A stretch of DNA of 64,000 bases from Acinetobacter phage Ab5, in the sequence record PP763257.1. One strand, 5' to 3'. The position numbers and the translations under genes are program-made. The notes under the pieces are model-generated. The model ran no database searches. It was not told where the DNA came from and worked only from the letters and a program-made list of their open reading frames with translations. Below, in pieces: positions 17,471-26,899 of the stretch. Every line of letters starts with the position of its first letter. Positions within the stretch are counted from its first letter, which is position 1.

Positions 17471-17555
17471 GCGGAAATCAGTAAGATGTAGTGAAGTAAG
17501 TGACTAGTTAAACTTATGAATCGAGAGTTGGTTAGAATCCAACAATTCCGCTCCA
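17471..17555 (+). other. tRNA-like fragment with a near-canonical T-arm GTTGG-TTAGAAT-CCAAC and an acceptor-like pairing GCGGAAA/ATTCCGC-T-CCA. D-arm and anticodon arm are non-canonical.
   Basis: T-arm GGTTAGAATCC differs by one base from the consensus GGTTCGAATCC. 6 of 7 acceptor pairs. The only anticodon-like stem (TAAGT/ACTTA) has a 10-nt loop GACTAGTTAA. Confidence 0.2.
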
Positions 17556-17667
17556 GATTTTAAATTTCACCCATGATCAGATTACGGTGGGTATGAAACG
17601 TGTAGTGGTGTCGCTACCATGTAAGCGAATGTGGCACATTATTTATTAGCAACAAATAGGTAAAATA

Positions 17668-18030
17668 TTGAACGAAGCTATTCTATGTTTAGCAATTGCA
17701 ATATTCAACGAAAGTCGTGGTGAACCAACTAAAGGTCAATATGCTGTAGCTGAAGTTATTCATAACCGAAGTAGGCATGATGATTTTCCTAAAGGGTATT
17801 GTGATGTCGTTAAACAACGAGGTCAGTTTTCTTGGTATAAAAGCTCAAAAGATTTGAAACCACCTAAGCACGATACGGATGCTTGGAATGATAGCGTGAA
17901 AGTCGCTAACTCCTTTTACACCAATAAAACAAATTATACGAAAGGCGCATTATACTTTAATTCTAGTAGATTAGGTGTTCGCTTTAATAAACAATTAAAA
18001 TGTAAAATTGGAAAGCATGTTTTCTTTTGA
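17668..18030 (+). CDS. SleB-like cell-wall hydrolase (Hydrolase_2 family), TTG start
   Basis: LCLAIAIFNESRGEPTKGQYAVAEVIHNRSRHDDFP...QRGQFSWY matches the SleB domain pattern (YAEARGE..GQ.AVA.VilNR...FP....QF). Confidence 0.6.
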   Translation: MNEAILCLAIAIFNESRGEPTKGQYAVAEVIHNRSRHDDFPKGYCDVVKQRGQFSWYKSSKDLKPPKHDTDAWNDSVKVANSFYTNKTNYTKGALYFNSSRLGVRFNKQLKCKIGKHVFF

Positions 18031-18049
18031 TTACATGCTTTTTTATTTT
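18013..18049 (+). terminator. rho-independent terminator AAGCATGT-(12)-ACATGCTT + TTTTATTTT
   Basis: Perfect 8-bp stem overlapping the stop of 17668..18030, then a T-run. Confidence 0.6.
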
Positions 18050-18059
18050 CGAGGTATTT

Positions 18060-18413
18060 ATGGCAGCAAGAAATTTCGATAAGGTTTATGACGCTAAAGT
18101 AATTAAAGCTAAGATGAACGCTGATGTTGAATTAGCAATTAAAATCTTACGTGATGGATTAGTGTCAACTACCCTAAATGAAAAAGATAAAATTAAATTA
18201 GCTTCAGATTATCTTGGTTGGTTTATCCGTTTAGACAACAAGATTATTCAAGATGAATTCAACAAAGAAGCTTTAAAACAATCAAAATTAAAAACTCTCT
18301 CAATTCAAAACGATTTACATGAAAAAGAGAATGAAGAATTTTTAGAAGAAACAAAACCTTTAAATCAACATAAATTTAATCCATATATGAGTGATGACGA
18401 TAACTATAGTTAG
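18060..18413 (+). CDS. putative terminase small subunit (by position). ATG at 18060 after GAGG, inside track ORF 18027..18413.
   Basis: Roughly 117-aa ORF immediately upstream of TerL. No motif evidence. Confidence 0.35.
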   Translation: MAARNFDKVYDAKVIKAKMNADVELAIKILRDGLVSTTLNEKDKIKLASDYLGWFIRLDNKIIQDEFNKEALKQSKLKTLSIQNDLHEKENEEFLEETKPLNQHKFNPYMSDDDNYS

Positions 18414-18423
18414 GAGGTAGAAT

Positions 18424-20226
18424 TTGAGCGCACAATTCAGACCAACCTCAAAACGACAAGAGTTATTCCTTGCATCAAACAGTTTTCTAACTATATTTGG
18501 TGGTGCAGCATCAGGTGGTAAATCGTATACAGGATTAATGAGATTCTTAAACTACGTTCATGACCCTAACTTTGTTGGTTATGTGTTCCGACAAATTGGT
18601 GCAGATATTAAGAAAGAAGGTGGTCTTTTCTGGACTGCTGTTAAGATGTTTCAGCAATATGATCCTGATGTAACTTATACCACTCAACCGATGGTTATTA
18701 AGTTTCCGCATCCAGACCCAGTTAAAAGAAAAAGAAAAGTTAAAGGTGCAACAATATCATTTACTGGTCTAGATGATCAGGATGGTATGAATGCAATTCA
18801 AGGTATTAACATTTCTGCTGCAATGATTGATGAGGCCACACAAGTTGGTGAAGAAGAATTCTGGTGGTTAATCACTCGTCTTCGTACAGAAGCCAATATG
18901 ACCCCTAATTTATGGTTAACGTGTAACCCTGATGATCAATCATTTGTATTAAGACAATTCGTTCACTGGTGGTTATATCCACGCGGTACTATTGCTGATA
19001 TCGTCTCAACTAATATCTATGAAAAAGACCTAAAACACATTCAAGTTAATGATCGTGTTTTTATTGAATTATATGAAGATGGTGAGTTAATTAAGACTTA
19101 TGAAACTGGTGGGCACATTACACTTTCCGACAACATCCAATTTTTTAGTGTTGCTGGAAGTTTATCTGTCCATCGTGGATATGTTGAGAATGGTGTTAGA
19201 TTGTTTACATCAATTCCAAGATTAACAGAAAATCAAGTAGCTTTTTTAGTATTAAAAAGAAAAGGGAATGAAGTCTTTAAATCTGAGATGGTTGTTGATG
19301 GTCAAGAAGATGTTGGTGGAAGACCAGACATTGAGAAGAATGGTAAACAACTTTATTATTTAAACGTTGAGAATAAAGTTCACCTTGCAACATCACTTGA
19401 TGAGTTGTACAAAGAACTTCCAGAATACAGAGGTCATCCAACAATTATTCCTGATACAGTAAGTTTCATCGGAGCAACGTGTAAAGATAACCCTACATAT
19501 CTTCTCAAAAACCCTGCATATGAATCTAAACTCCAAAACCAACCAAGATTAAAAAGAGAACAACTCTATTATGGTAACTGGTATGCGAAGGAAGAAGGTG
19601 CTGGTTATTTCCGAAGAGAGTGGTTATTTGAACCACTAAAACAACCTTTTCCAGAAGATCAAATTCAATCTCGTGTTCGTTGTTTTGACTTAGCATCTAC
19701 CGAACCAACAGAAGCAAATCCAAATCCCGACTGGACAGTTGGAGTTTTGATTGCTAAAACAAAATCAGGTCTCTATGTAATTGAAGATATGGTTCGATTT
19801 AGAAAACGTGCTGGTGAAGTTGAACAACTAATAATCGATATTGTTGAAAAAGATGTTGACTTATATGGCAGTGATAAATACAAAGGATATCTTCCGATAG
19901 ACCCTGGGTCTGCTGGAAAAACATCTAAGATTTATTATGCAAAGTTATTTGCTGAACGTAAAGTTCCAATTAGATTCATTAAAGTTGGTACAAAGAATTC
20001 TAAGATGAAACGATTTGAACCATTTTCTGCATCTTCAGAAAACGAATTGGTTCGTATTGTTAAAGGTGATTGGAATGATGAATTCTTTTATGAGCTAGAA
20101 GCATTCGGTGGGAACAATAAGAATGTCCACGATGATATCGTGGACTCGGTGAGTGACGGATTTAATGTTCTAGCAACTAAGAAAGAACTACCAAAAATTA
20201 ATGCAAAATTATTAAAAATGTCGTAA
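18424..20226 (+). CDS. terL: terminase large subunit (TTG start, RBS AGGAGG)
   Basis: Walker A GGAASGGKSYTG, Walker B AAMIDEATQ. 600 aa. First gene of the morphogenesis block. Confidence 0.85.
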   Translation: MSAQFRPTSKRQELFLASNSFLTIFGGAASGGKSYTGLMRFLNYVHDPNFVGYVFRQIGADIKKEGGLFWTAVKMFQQYDPDVTYTTQPMVIKFPHPDPVKRKRKVKGATISFTGLDDQDGMNAIQGINISAAMIDEATQVGEEEFWWLITRLRTEANMTPNLWLTCNPDDQSFVLRQFVHWWLYPRGTIADIVSTNIYEKDLKHIQVNDRVFIELYEDGELIKTYETGGHITLSDNIQFFSVAGSLSVHRGYVENGVRLFTSIPRLTENQVAFLVLKRKGNEVFKSEMVVDGQEDVGGRPDIEKNGKQLYYLNVENKVHLATSLDELYKELPEYRGHPTIIPDTVSFIGATCKDNPTYLLKNPAYESKLQNQPRLKREQLYYGNWYAKEEGAGYFRREWLFEPLKQPFPEDQIQSRVRCFDLASTEPTEANPNPDWTVGVLIAKTKSGLYVIEDMVRFRKRAGEVEQLIIDIVEKDVDLYGSDKYKGYLPIDPGSAGKTSKIYYAKLFAERKVPIRFIKVGTKNSKMKRFEPFSASSENELVRIVKGDWNDEFFYELEAFGGNNKNVHDDIVDSVSDGFNVLATKKELPKINAKLLKMS

Positions 20227-20235
20227 GAGGGAGAC

Positions 20236-21717
20236 ATGGCAACAACAAGAAAGAAAAAAGAACCTGTCTTACCTAAAGAGATCGGAACAACAGATAGTGG
20301 TCGTTTTGATCCTATGCGATTAGATAGACGTGGCGGTTTACCAAGAGAACTTGTGTTTCCTCATAGTATTTATACTTATGATGAGATGGCAAAAAACCCT
20401 ACAATTGCAGCAGCATTAAATGCTATCTCATTAATTGCTTTACGTGTACCACGTTACATTGAACCATATGATAGCTCAGTTACTCATAAAAAGAGAGCAG
20501 AATTCCTTGATGAGTGTTTAGGTGTTACTACTCCTTCAAATGATATGACTCATACATTTGATGATTTCATTCGTGAAACTCTATCAATGAATAAATATGG
20601 CTTCTGTATCACAGAGAAAGTGTTCCGTGTTAGACGTTTGAAGAATGGTAGTAAATATGATGATGGTAAAGTTGGCATTAAAAGATTACCAATTCGACCT
20701 CAATATTCTATTGAAGATTTTGTATACGATGAAGAAGGTCGTGACTTACTAGCAATCAAACAAGCTGTCAATACAAAGAACTTTAAGAAATCTGCTTTAT
20801 CTTCATTGATTGATGGAAATCTAAAATTAATTCCTAGAGAAAGCTTCATGTTGTTTAATGCAGAAGCAACTAATGGAAGTGCTATTAGTATTTCACCTTT
20901 AGCTCATGTTTATGAAGTTTGGTCAGAATTAATTAAATATAAAGACCTTGAGAACATCGCATCATCTAAAAACTTAAATGGTTTACCTGTTCTGTGGATG
21001 CCTGCTGAAAACATGGTTGATGATCCAGAAGACCCAGCAAGTGAAGTGTTTAAAGTATTACGAGATGGTATTAGTAAGATTTCAGTTGGTCAACAAACAT
21101 CATTAATGCTTCCTAGTGATCGTGAACAAGACTCTGGTGCTGGTGGTAAGCTTTATGACTTCCAGTTAATGTCTGCTTCATCTTCAAATATTACAGCTAT
21201 TCAACAAACAATTAAACGTCTTACTGATGAGATTCTTCAATGTCTTTCTGCTGACTGGTTGAAAGATGGTAATGAGATTGATACTGCTAAAACATCTTTG
21301 ATGATTATGTTAGTTGAGGGAAGAATTAGAGAAATCTTTACTCGTTTAAATACTGATCTTATTCCTCATTTATGGAGATGGAATGGTTGGGACGATACAA
21401 AGCTTCCTCAAATTAAATATGGAACATTGAAAGAAGTTAGTATGGCAGATTTTGCTAAAGCTATGCAACAACTTAAAGCTACTAAATTGGTTGCTGTCAC
21501 TCCTAAGAACATTAACTACATTGCTGAGAAGACAGGCTTACCTGAACGTCTAGACGAGAATTTAACACAAGATGAATTAAATAAGATTCTTGGTGTGGAA
21601 GATAAAGATGATTCAAAATCAGCGTCAGGATACGAAAGTGATACTGGTGGTTTAAATGGTCAAGGAAATTCAGTTAGTGAAACAGACAACTCAGCGTCAA
21701 ACCTGAATAATAAATAA
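20236..21717 (+). CDS. portal protein
   Basis: 493 aa, directly after TerL, RBS GGAG. Acidic Gly/Ser-rich C-terminus. Confidence 0.65.
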   Translation: MATTRKKKEPVLPKEIGTTDSGRFDPMRLDRRGGLPRELVFPHSIYTYDEMAKNPTIAAALNAISLIALRVPRYIEPYDSSVTHKKRAEFLDECLGVTTPSNDMTHTFDDFIRETLSMNKYGFCITEKVFRVRRLKNGSKYDDGKVGIKRLPIRPQYSIEDFVYDEEGRDLLAIKQAVNTKNFKKSALSSLIDGNLKLIPRESFMLFNAEATNGSAISISPLAHVYEVWSELIKYKDLENIASSKNLNGLPVLWMPAENMVDDPEDPASEVFKVLRDGISKISVGQQTSLMLPSDREQDSGAGGKLYDFQLMSASSSNITAIQQTIKRLTDEILQCLSADWLKDGNEIDTAKTSLMIMLVEGRIREIFTRLNTDLIPHLWRWNGWDDTKLPQIKYGTLKEVSMADFAKAMQQLKATKLVAVTPKNINYIAEKTGLPERLDENLTQDELNKILGVEDKDDSKSASGYESDTGGLNGQGNSVSETDNSASNLNNK

Positions 21718-21726
21718 GGAGACTTA

Positions 21727-23172
21727 ATGGCTAAGTACAAAAGAGGGAGTTTGGCGTTAGCTAGACAAGTCTTTAACACCCCTCAATTAATTGTAGAATC
21801 TGATCTACAACGAATCTCTCAATACCTAGTAGATCGTGCAAACGGTGTTGAAGTCAACGTTATTAATACAAATGATGTTGAGCAAAAAACAGAAAAACAA
21901 GAATTACAGTCTCTTCTTGAATTAGCATCTTACGAGACAGAAGAAGAAAAACAACGTTATCATCGTAGATTAAATATTACTAATGATGGTAAACGAGGTA
22001 ATCTTTTCATTGAAGGTGCTTTAGTTGCGAAAGCTGGTGAGATCGATGCTGATTGCATGGAGTTAACTTCCTATGAAAAGCTTCTATCAACTTTCCAGAT
22101 GCAAGTCAAGGAAGGTGTTGAAGAATTAGTTCTACATGTAGACTCAGGCGGTGGCGCTGCTGCAACGTGTTTTGAGATGGCTAACGAAGTCAAGACTCTA
22201 GCTAATGAGAATAATATCAAGATTTATGCTTACATTGACGGAATGGCAGCTAGTGCAGCTTACGCTTGGACATCTATTGCAGATGAGATTATATCTCGAC
22301 CAGATAGTGAAGCAGGCTCTATTGGTGTAGTTGTGCAACTTATCAATAATTCAAAAATGCTTTCTGATATTGGTATTACAAGAAAATTTATTACTTACGG
22401 TGATAGTAAAGTTCCTTTCGATGATCAAGGAGAGTTTACAGATAAATTCTTAGAATCGATTCAGAAGAAGGTTAATAAAACAGGTTTAGAATTTAGCAAT
22501 TTTGTTGCTAAAAACCGAAACATGAATGTTGAAGATGTAATTGCGCTACAAGCAGAAATCTTTACTTCAGAAGATGCTTTGTCTTTAGGTTTGGTTGATA
22601 AGATCATGACTCGCTCAGAGTTTTTTGATAAGTATCTTCCATCAGCCAAAGCTAGTTCAAATAATCAATATTATTTACAACAAGAGGACATTATGTCAAA
22701 AGAAAAAGATGTAACTGTTGACACACAATTGAGTGTTGAGCAATTACAAGAACAATTAACAAACTTAAATGTAGAAAAAGAACAACTAACAACTCAAGTT
22801 GAAACATTAACTCAACAATTAGTCGACTTTCAATCTACAAAAGAACAGTTACAAACACTACAGGCAAATTATGATGCTTTGTTAGGTGAAAAAGAAGCTT
22901 CAGATAAAGCTGCTAAATTAGCAACTCGTAAAGCAGCAATTGAAGATGCTATTGGTAAAGATAATGAACAAGTAGCTTCACTATTGTCTTCTACTGAACA
23001 ATTAGAAGATGCAGCTTTTGATGTAGTTGTTCAAAGCTTATCTACACAACAAGAGTTAAAGCAAGAAAAATTAAAAGAGAAAGGTAACGAAGGGACTCAA
23101 AGTCCATCACAACTTAGTATTGAAGAACAACTTGCTGCAACAGCAAAAAAAATGACAAAGCAGTCTGCTTAA
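21727..23172 (+). CDS. prohead protease (S49/SppA-like, ClpP fold) fused to a coiled-coil scaffold-like C-terminal half
   Basis: HVDSGGGAA and GMAASAAY (S49 motifs). C-terminal 150 aa are Gln/Glu/Leu-rich heptad-like. Confidence 0.7.
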   Translation: MAKYKRGSLALARQVFNTPQLIVESDLQRISQYLVDRANGVEVNVINTNDVEQKTEKQELQSLLELASYETEEEKQRYHRRLNITNDGKRGNLFIEGALVAKAGEIDADCMELTSYEKLLSTFQMQVKEGVEELVLHVDSGGGAAATCFEMANEVKTLANENNIKIYAYIDGMAASAAYAWTSIADEIISRPDSEAGSIGVVVQLINNSKMLSDIGITRKFITYGDSKVPFDDQGEFTDKFLESIQKKVNKTGLEFSNFVAKNRNMNVEDVIALQAEIFTSEDALSLGLVDKIMTRSEFFDKYLPSAKASSNNQYYLQQEDIMSKEKDVTVDTQLSVEQLQEQLTNLNVEKEQLTTQVETLTQQLVDFQSTKEQLQTLQANYDALLGEKEASDKAAKLATRKAAIEDAIGKDNEQVASLLSSTEQLEDAAFDVVVQSLSTQQELKQEKLKEKGNEGTQSPSQLSIEEQLAATAKKMTKQSA

Positions 23173-23190
23173 TAAAAGGAATATAAACAA

Positions 23191-23670
23191 ATGGCAGTTA
23201 TTACAAATTTATTCAATTCACCTGTAGTTCCTTCTGACGTATTTGGTTACGAAGTTAACACAGATGTTGGCTATGGTCGTGAAACATTCAACATCACTAT
23301 TACAAGCGGTACAGTGCGTGTTGGCACTATCTTAGTTGTTGATTATGCAGCAGGTACAGCTACTCCATTAGCTGCTCCAGCAGACGCAGCAGCAGTTGAA
23401 GCTCTTGGTGATTTAGCAGTTTGGGTTGGTCGTGATCTTCCTACAAACCCTGCAACAGCACAAGATTTTGATCGCCTCACTCAAACCACAACTGGTTTAG
23501 GTGTTGCAATTGTTAAAGGTGATGGTCGTGGTATCTTGAAAAAAGGTTACTTGGACGTTGCTGGTACTCAATACTACGCTCTTCCAGCAGATGTTCAAGC
23601 AGCATTAGACGAAAAATTCACTAAAGAAAACCGCTTCAAAATGGTTGAACAACAATATACACCAGCTTAA
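23191..23670 (+). CDS. putative capsid decoration/accessory protein
   Basis: Ala/Gly-rich 159-aa protein between the protease and the major capsid gene. Position only. Confidence 0.3.
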   Translation: MAVITNLFNSPVVPSDVFGYEVNTDVGYGRETFNITITSGTVRVGTILVVDYAAGTATPLAAPADAAAVEALGDLAVWVGRDLPTNPATAQDFDRLTQTTTGLGVAIVKGDGRGILKKGYLDVAGTQYYALPADVQAALDEKFTKENRFKMVEQQYTPA

Positions 23671-23691
23671 TAAAAAAGGAATTAAAATAAC

Positions 23692-24768
23692 ATGGCATTA
23701 GCTCGTAACCCTATTAACCCTAATACTACGATTGATCTTGGTTCAGTATTAGAGGTCATTAATCCGCAGTATGGTCGTATTGATCAATCAGGTTTATTTG
23801 AAGAACAAGGTATCCTTGCAACAACTCATATGTACAAAGTTGTTGATCAAGGTGTAACAAAAATGACTAAGCTCACTTCTCGTACAGAACGTGATGCAAT
23901 GGCAGTTGAAAAACCAGCAGAAAAATACGTTACTATGGGTAGCGTAACTATTAAAGAAACTGGTGGTGTTCACGTTGAAGATTTAATTGGTGTTGTTTCA
24001 GATGTAATTAATTTTGAATCTGAATCATTCCAAGAAGCTTTAGTTAAAGAAGCTACTCGCTTAGCAAACGTTGGTGCAGCTAACATGGAATATGTTAAGC
24101 TTACTGCTACTCAAGGTCGTGTACTTGACCCATACAACGGTAACGTAGCAATCGACCAATACGCTAACACTGGTACGACTCGTACAGCAGTTACTATTAA
24201 TGCTGCAACAACTGAAGACTTAATCAGTCAATTAACAGCGTTGCGTAACCAATTAGCTGTATTAAATGGTTATAATGGTAACATCTCTGAAGTTGAAATC
24301 ATTCTTGGTGAAACAGCGTTTAACGCCATCGTTAACCATCCTGATTTCGCTACACTTTACCAATTAGCATTTAGTGGTTTGGGTAATCTTGCATTACAAC
24401 AACCAGTTCTTAACGGTGGACTTGGTTTACAACAAAAAGGTCAATTCGGATTCTCTCGTGAATTCCGTTGGGAAAACCTTGTATTCCGCACTTACCCACA
24501 AAAGTTCTATCGTTGGAATGGTGAAGCAGTCGATGCTATCGCAACTAACAAAGGTTGGACAATTGTTCACGGTGTATCTGGTCTTTACCAAGTTAAGTAC
24601 GTACCAGCTCCTTACGTTTCTCGTTACAACCAAGTTGGTCAAAAATGGGTAGCTCGTTCTACTGGTATTATCGATGATACTCATGCAGATATGACTATCG
24701 AATCACACTTGATTCCATTTATGCAACGTCCTGAAATGTCTCTTGACATCACAGTTACAACTGCATAA
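23692..24768 (+). CDS. major capsid protein
   Basis: 358 aa, strong RBS. Position after protease and decoration gene. High-expression-like codon usage. Followed by a hairpin. Confidence 0.65.
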   Translation: MALARNPINPNTTIDLGSVLEVINPQYGRIDQSGLFEEQGILATTHMYKVVDQGVTKMTKLTSRTERDAMAVEKPAEKYVTMGSVTIKETGGVHVEDLIGVVSDVINFESESFQEALVKEATRLANVGAANMEYVKLTATQGRVLDPYNGNVAIDQYANTGTTRTAVTINAATTEDLISQLTALRNQLAVLNGYNGNISEVEIILGETAFNAIVNHPDFATLYQLAFSGLGNLALQQPVLNGGLGLQQKGQFGFSREFRWENLVFRTYPQKFYRWNGEAVDAIATNKGWTIVHGVSGLYQVKYVPAPYVSRYNQVGQKWVARSTGIIDDTHADMTIESHLIPFMQRPEMSLDITVTTA

Positions 24769-24869
24769 TAAAGAATATGAGAGTTACTTTATGTAGCTCT
24801 CTACATTCTCTAGCAACTTCAATGAGGTTGTTAAACAATGTAGAGACGCATTAATAATAAGGAAAATAA

Positions 24870-25355
24870 ATGGCAGACTTAGACCCTATAAATAATCCAA
24901 TTGATGCTTTGCGTCTTGAATTTGGTGATACAGATGAATATGACTATGTATTATCGGATCAAAGTTATCAATACTTCATTAACACTTACGGCAACTCACC
25001 AACACTTCTTCGTAAACGTTTAGGAATGGCTATTTTAGCACAATTCGCTAAAGAAGGATTTAGACAACGTGTTGGACAAGAAGAAGCATATCTTGGTGAG
25101 CGTTATAAGAATTATCGTGAATGGTTAAAAGATAAAGTAACAAACCCTATGCTTTCTGGAAATATTCCTAAAGTATATGTTGGTGGTGTAGTTAGAGAAA
25201 CTGTTGCTGAATATGAAAATCGTTTAGATTTAATTGATAGTTATTTCTATCGTGGTCAAGGTTTTAAAATGCCTGATTGGAAGTATAAACGAGATTTCTT
25301 TTTCAATACTGTAGTTGAACCAGAAGAACAAGCTTGTCGTTATCTTTACGAATAA
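24870..25355 (+). CDS. putative head-tail connector/adaptor
   Basis: Position in the structural module. Confidence 0.3.
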   Translation: MADLDPINNPIDALRLEFGDTDEYDYVLSDQSYQYFINTYGNSPTLLRKRLGMAILAQFAKEGFRQRVGQEEAYLGERYKNYREWLKDKVTNPMLSGNIPKVYVGGVVRETVAEYENRLDLIDSYFYRGQGFKMPDWKYKRDFFFNTVVEPEEQACRYLYE

Positions 25356-25364
25356 GGTGATGAT

Positions 25365-25964
25365 ATGGCTAAAATGAGTAAAGCTAGGATTCGACAATTA
25401 GCTCAAGGTGTTGATGTTGACTTAAATGTTATTGAAGATTTATCTGGTTTTGAAAAGTTAATAAAAGCCTGTAAAAAAGCATATAACAGGCAAATTAGAT
25501 TTGGTTGGTTAGAAAAGAAAAAGTACCCAGCAGGTAAGAATAAACCTTCATTATACGTTGCTCAAGTCGCTTTCTGGCAAGAGTTTGGTACAGAACGATT
25601 CGTAGCAAGACCTTACTTTAGACAACTCATAAATCAAGTTAAATACCGTTTTAATGGTGATATAAAAGAGTTTATGACAGGGGTTGCTAACGGTGTTGTT
25701 AATGAGCAAAAGTTACTAAACTTAGCAAACGAAATCGAATATACGTATCACTCAACAGTAAGTAGACAACAATATAAAAAACTATCTCCTATCACTATTA
25801 GAATTAAAGGGCATGACTTCCAGTTAGATAACACAGGGGTCATGCTTAATTCGTTTAAAGCAAAAGTATTTTATCAAAACATCGAGAATGTTAAACAACA
25901 TGATGTAAAAATTGATGATTATAAAAGCTATTGGCAAGCAGTTAAATCAAGGAGAACATCATGA
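25365..25964 (+). CDS. putative head completion protein
   Basis: Position. Confidence 0.3.
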   Translation: MAKMSKARIRQLAQGVDVDLNVIEDLSGFEKLIKACKKAYNRQIRFGWLEKKKYPAGKNKPSLYVAQVAFWQEFGTERFVARPYFRQLINQVKYRFNGDIKEFMTGVANGVVNEQKLLNLANEIEYTYHSTVSRQQYKKLSPITIRIKGHDFQLDNTGVMLNSFKAKVFYQNIENVKQHDVKIDDYKSYWQAVKSRRTS

Positions 25965-26365
25965 GTAGTATTACAAAATTAGGTAAACGTATTCACACTC
26001 TATTAAGAGATGATCCAAACAATCAAGGTGAATATGTTGGTGGTGAGTGGATTCCACCTACAAAGACAGTGATTAGTTTTTTTGCTAATATTCAACCAGC
26101 ATGGAGCTTTACTCAAACACAACTTCTACCAGAAGGTGAAAGAGATAAGCGATCTATTTGGATTAGTAGTAATGATTGGTTGTATGAAGCTAGACACGGA
26201 ACAGTTCCTTTAGAAGCTGACATTATTCAATACAATGGTGCTTTGTGGGAAGTTAAAGCTGTTATGCCTTATGGTAACTTTGGTCAACATTGTGAAGCTA
26301 TAGCAACTAAGATGGATGATAGTCAAAGACCTAGAATTGATGGTGAAGTTGGAGTGATAGATTAA
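25961..26365 (+). CDS. putative neck/head-tail joining protein
   Basis: ATGA coupling. Position. Confidence 0.3.
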   Translation: MSSITKLGKRIHTLLRDDPNNQGEYVGGEWIPPTKTVISFFANIQPAWSFTQTQLLPEGERDKRSIWISSNDWLYEARHGTVPLEADIIQYNGALWEVKAVMPYGNFGQHCEAIATKMDDSQRPRIDGEVGVID

Positions 26366-26892
26366 TGAAATTTGAATCAGCTATCATCAAATCTCTCCAA
26401 ACATGCTTACCAACATTTAAATTTATTCTCGCAGATAGAAATGGTGTAGAACCTGCTGCTCCGTATTGTTTAGTAACTATTATTGATGTTATTAATCATG
26501 GTAGACCTTACCTAACAACAGCTAACAAAGATGGTGTTGAAGTAGAACAAATTTCACAAAACAAGATTGTAAATTTCTCTTTAACACTTCATGCTTTGGC
26601 AACTGACCAAAAACAGGATGATTTTGAAAGATTCCACATGGGAATTGGAAGTACATTTGTTACCTCAACATTTGCTAATAATGGTTTAGGAATTCTAGAA
26701 TATACAGACATTATTTATCAATCAACACCTGTTAATGAAATTTCATACAAGAGAGCTATTATTGATATTAGTATTTTCTGTGAAAGAACAGAGGAATATT
26801 ATTCTCCATTTATTAAAGTTGTTGAAACACATGGCGATCTTATCGACTCAGATAAAGATTTTGATTTAACAACTGATTTTAATATTAATTAG
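26365..26892 (+). CDS. putative neck/tail terminator protein
   Basis: Position. Confidence 0.3.
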   Translation: MKFESAIIKSLQTCLPTFKFILADRNGVEPAAPYCLVTIIDVINHGRPYLTTANKDGVEVEQISQNKIVNFSLTLHALATDQKQDDFERFHMGIGSTFVTSTFANNGLGILEYTDIIYQSTPVNEISYKRAIIDISIFCERTEEYYSPFIKVVETHGDLIDSDKDFDLTTDFNIN

Positions 26893-26899
26893 GTGAAAT

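Noticed and set aside
17471-17555. Canonical tRNA, possibly an amber-suppressor with a CTA anticodon, explaining the in-frame TAG at 13534
   Set aside because: T-arm and acceptor pair well, but no D-arm can be formed. The only anticodon-like stem has a 10-nt loop, and CTA is not preceded by U or followed by a purine at the right positions. TAG is also used as a bona fide stop in at least five genes (2848..3063, 16552..17235, 26365..26892, 32643..32828, 38186..38602). Kept only as a tRNA-like fragment.
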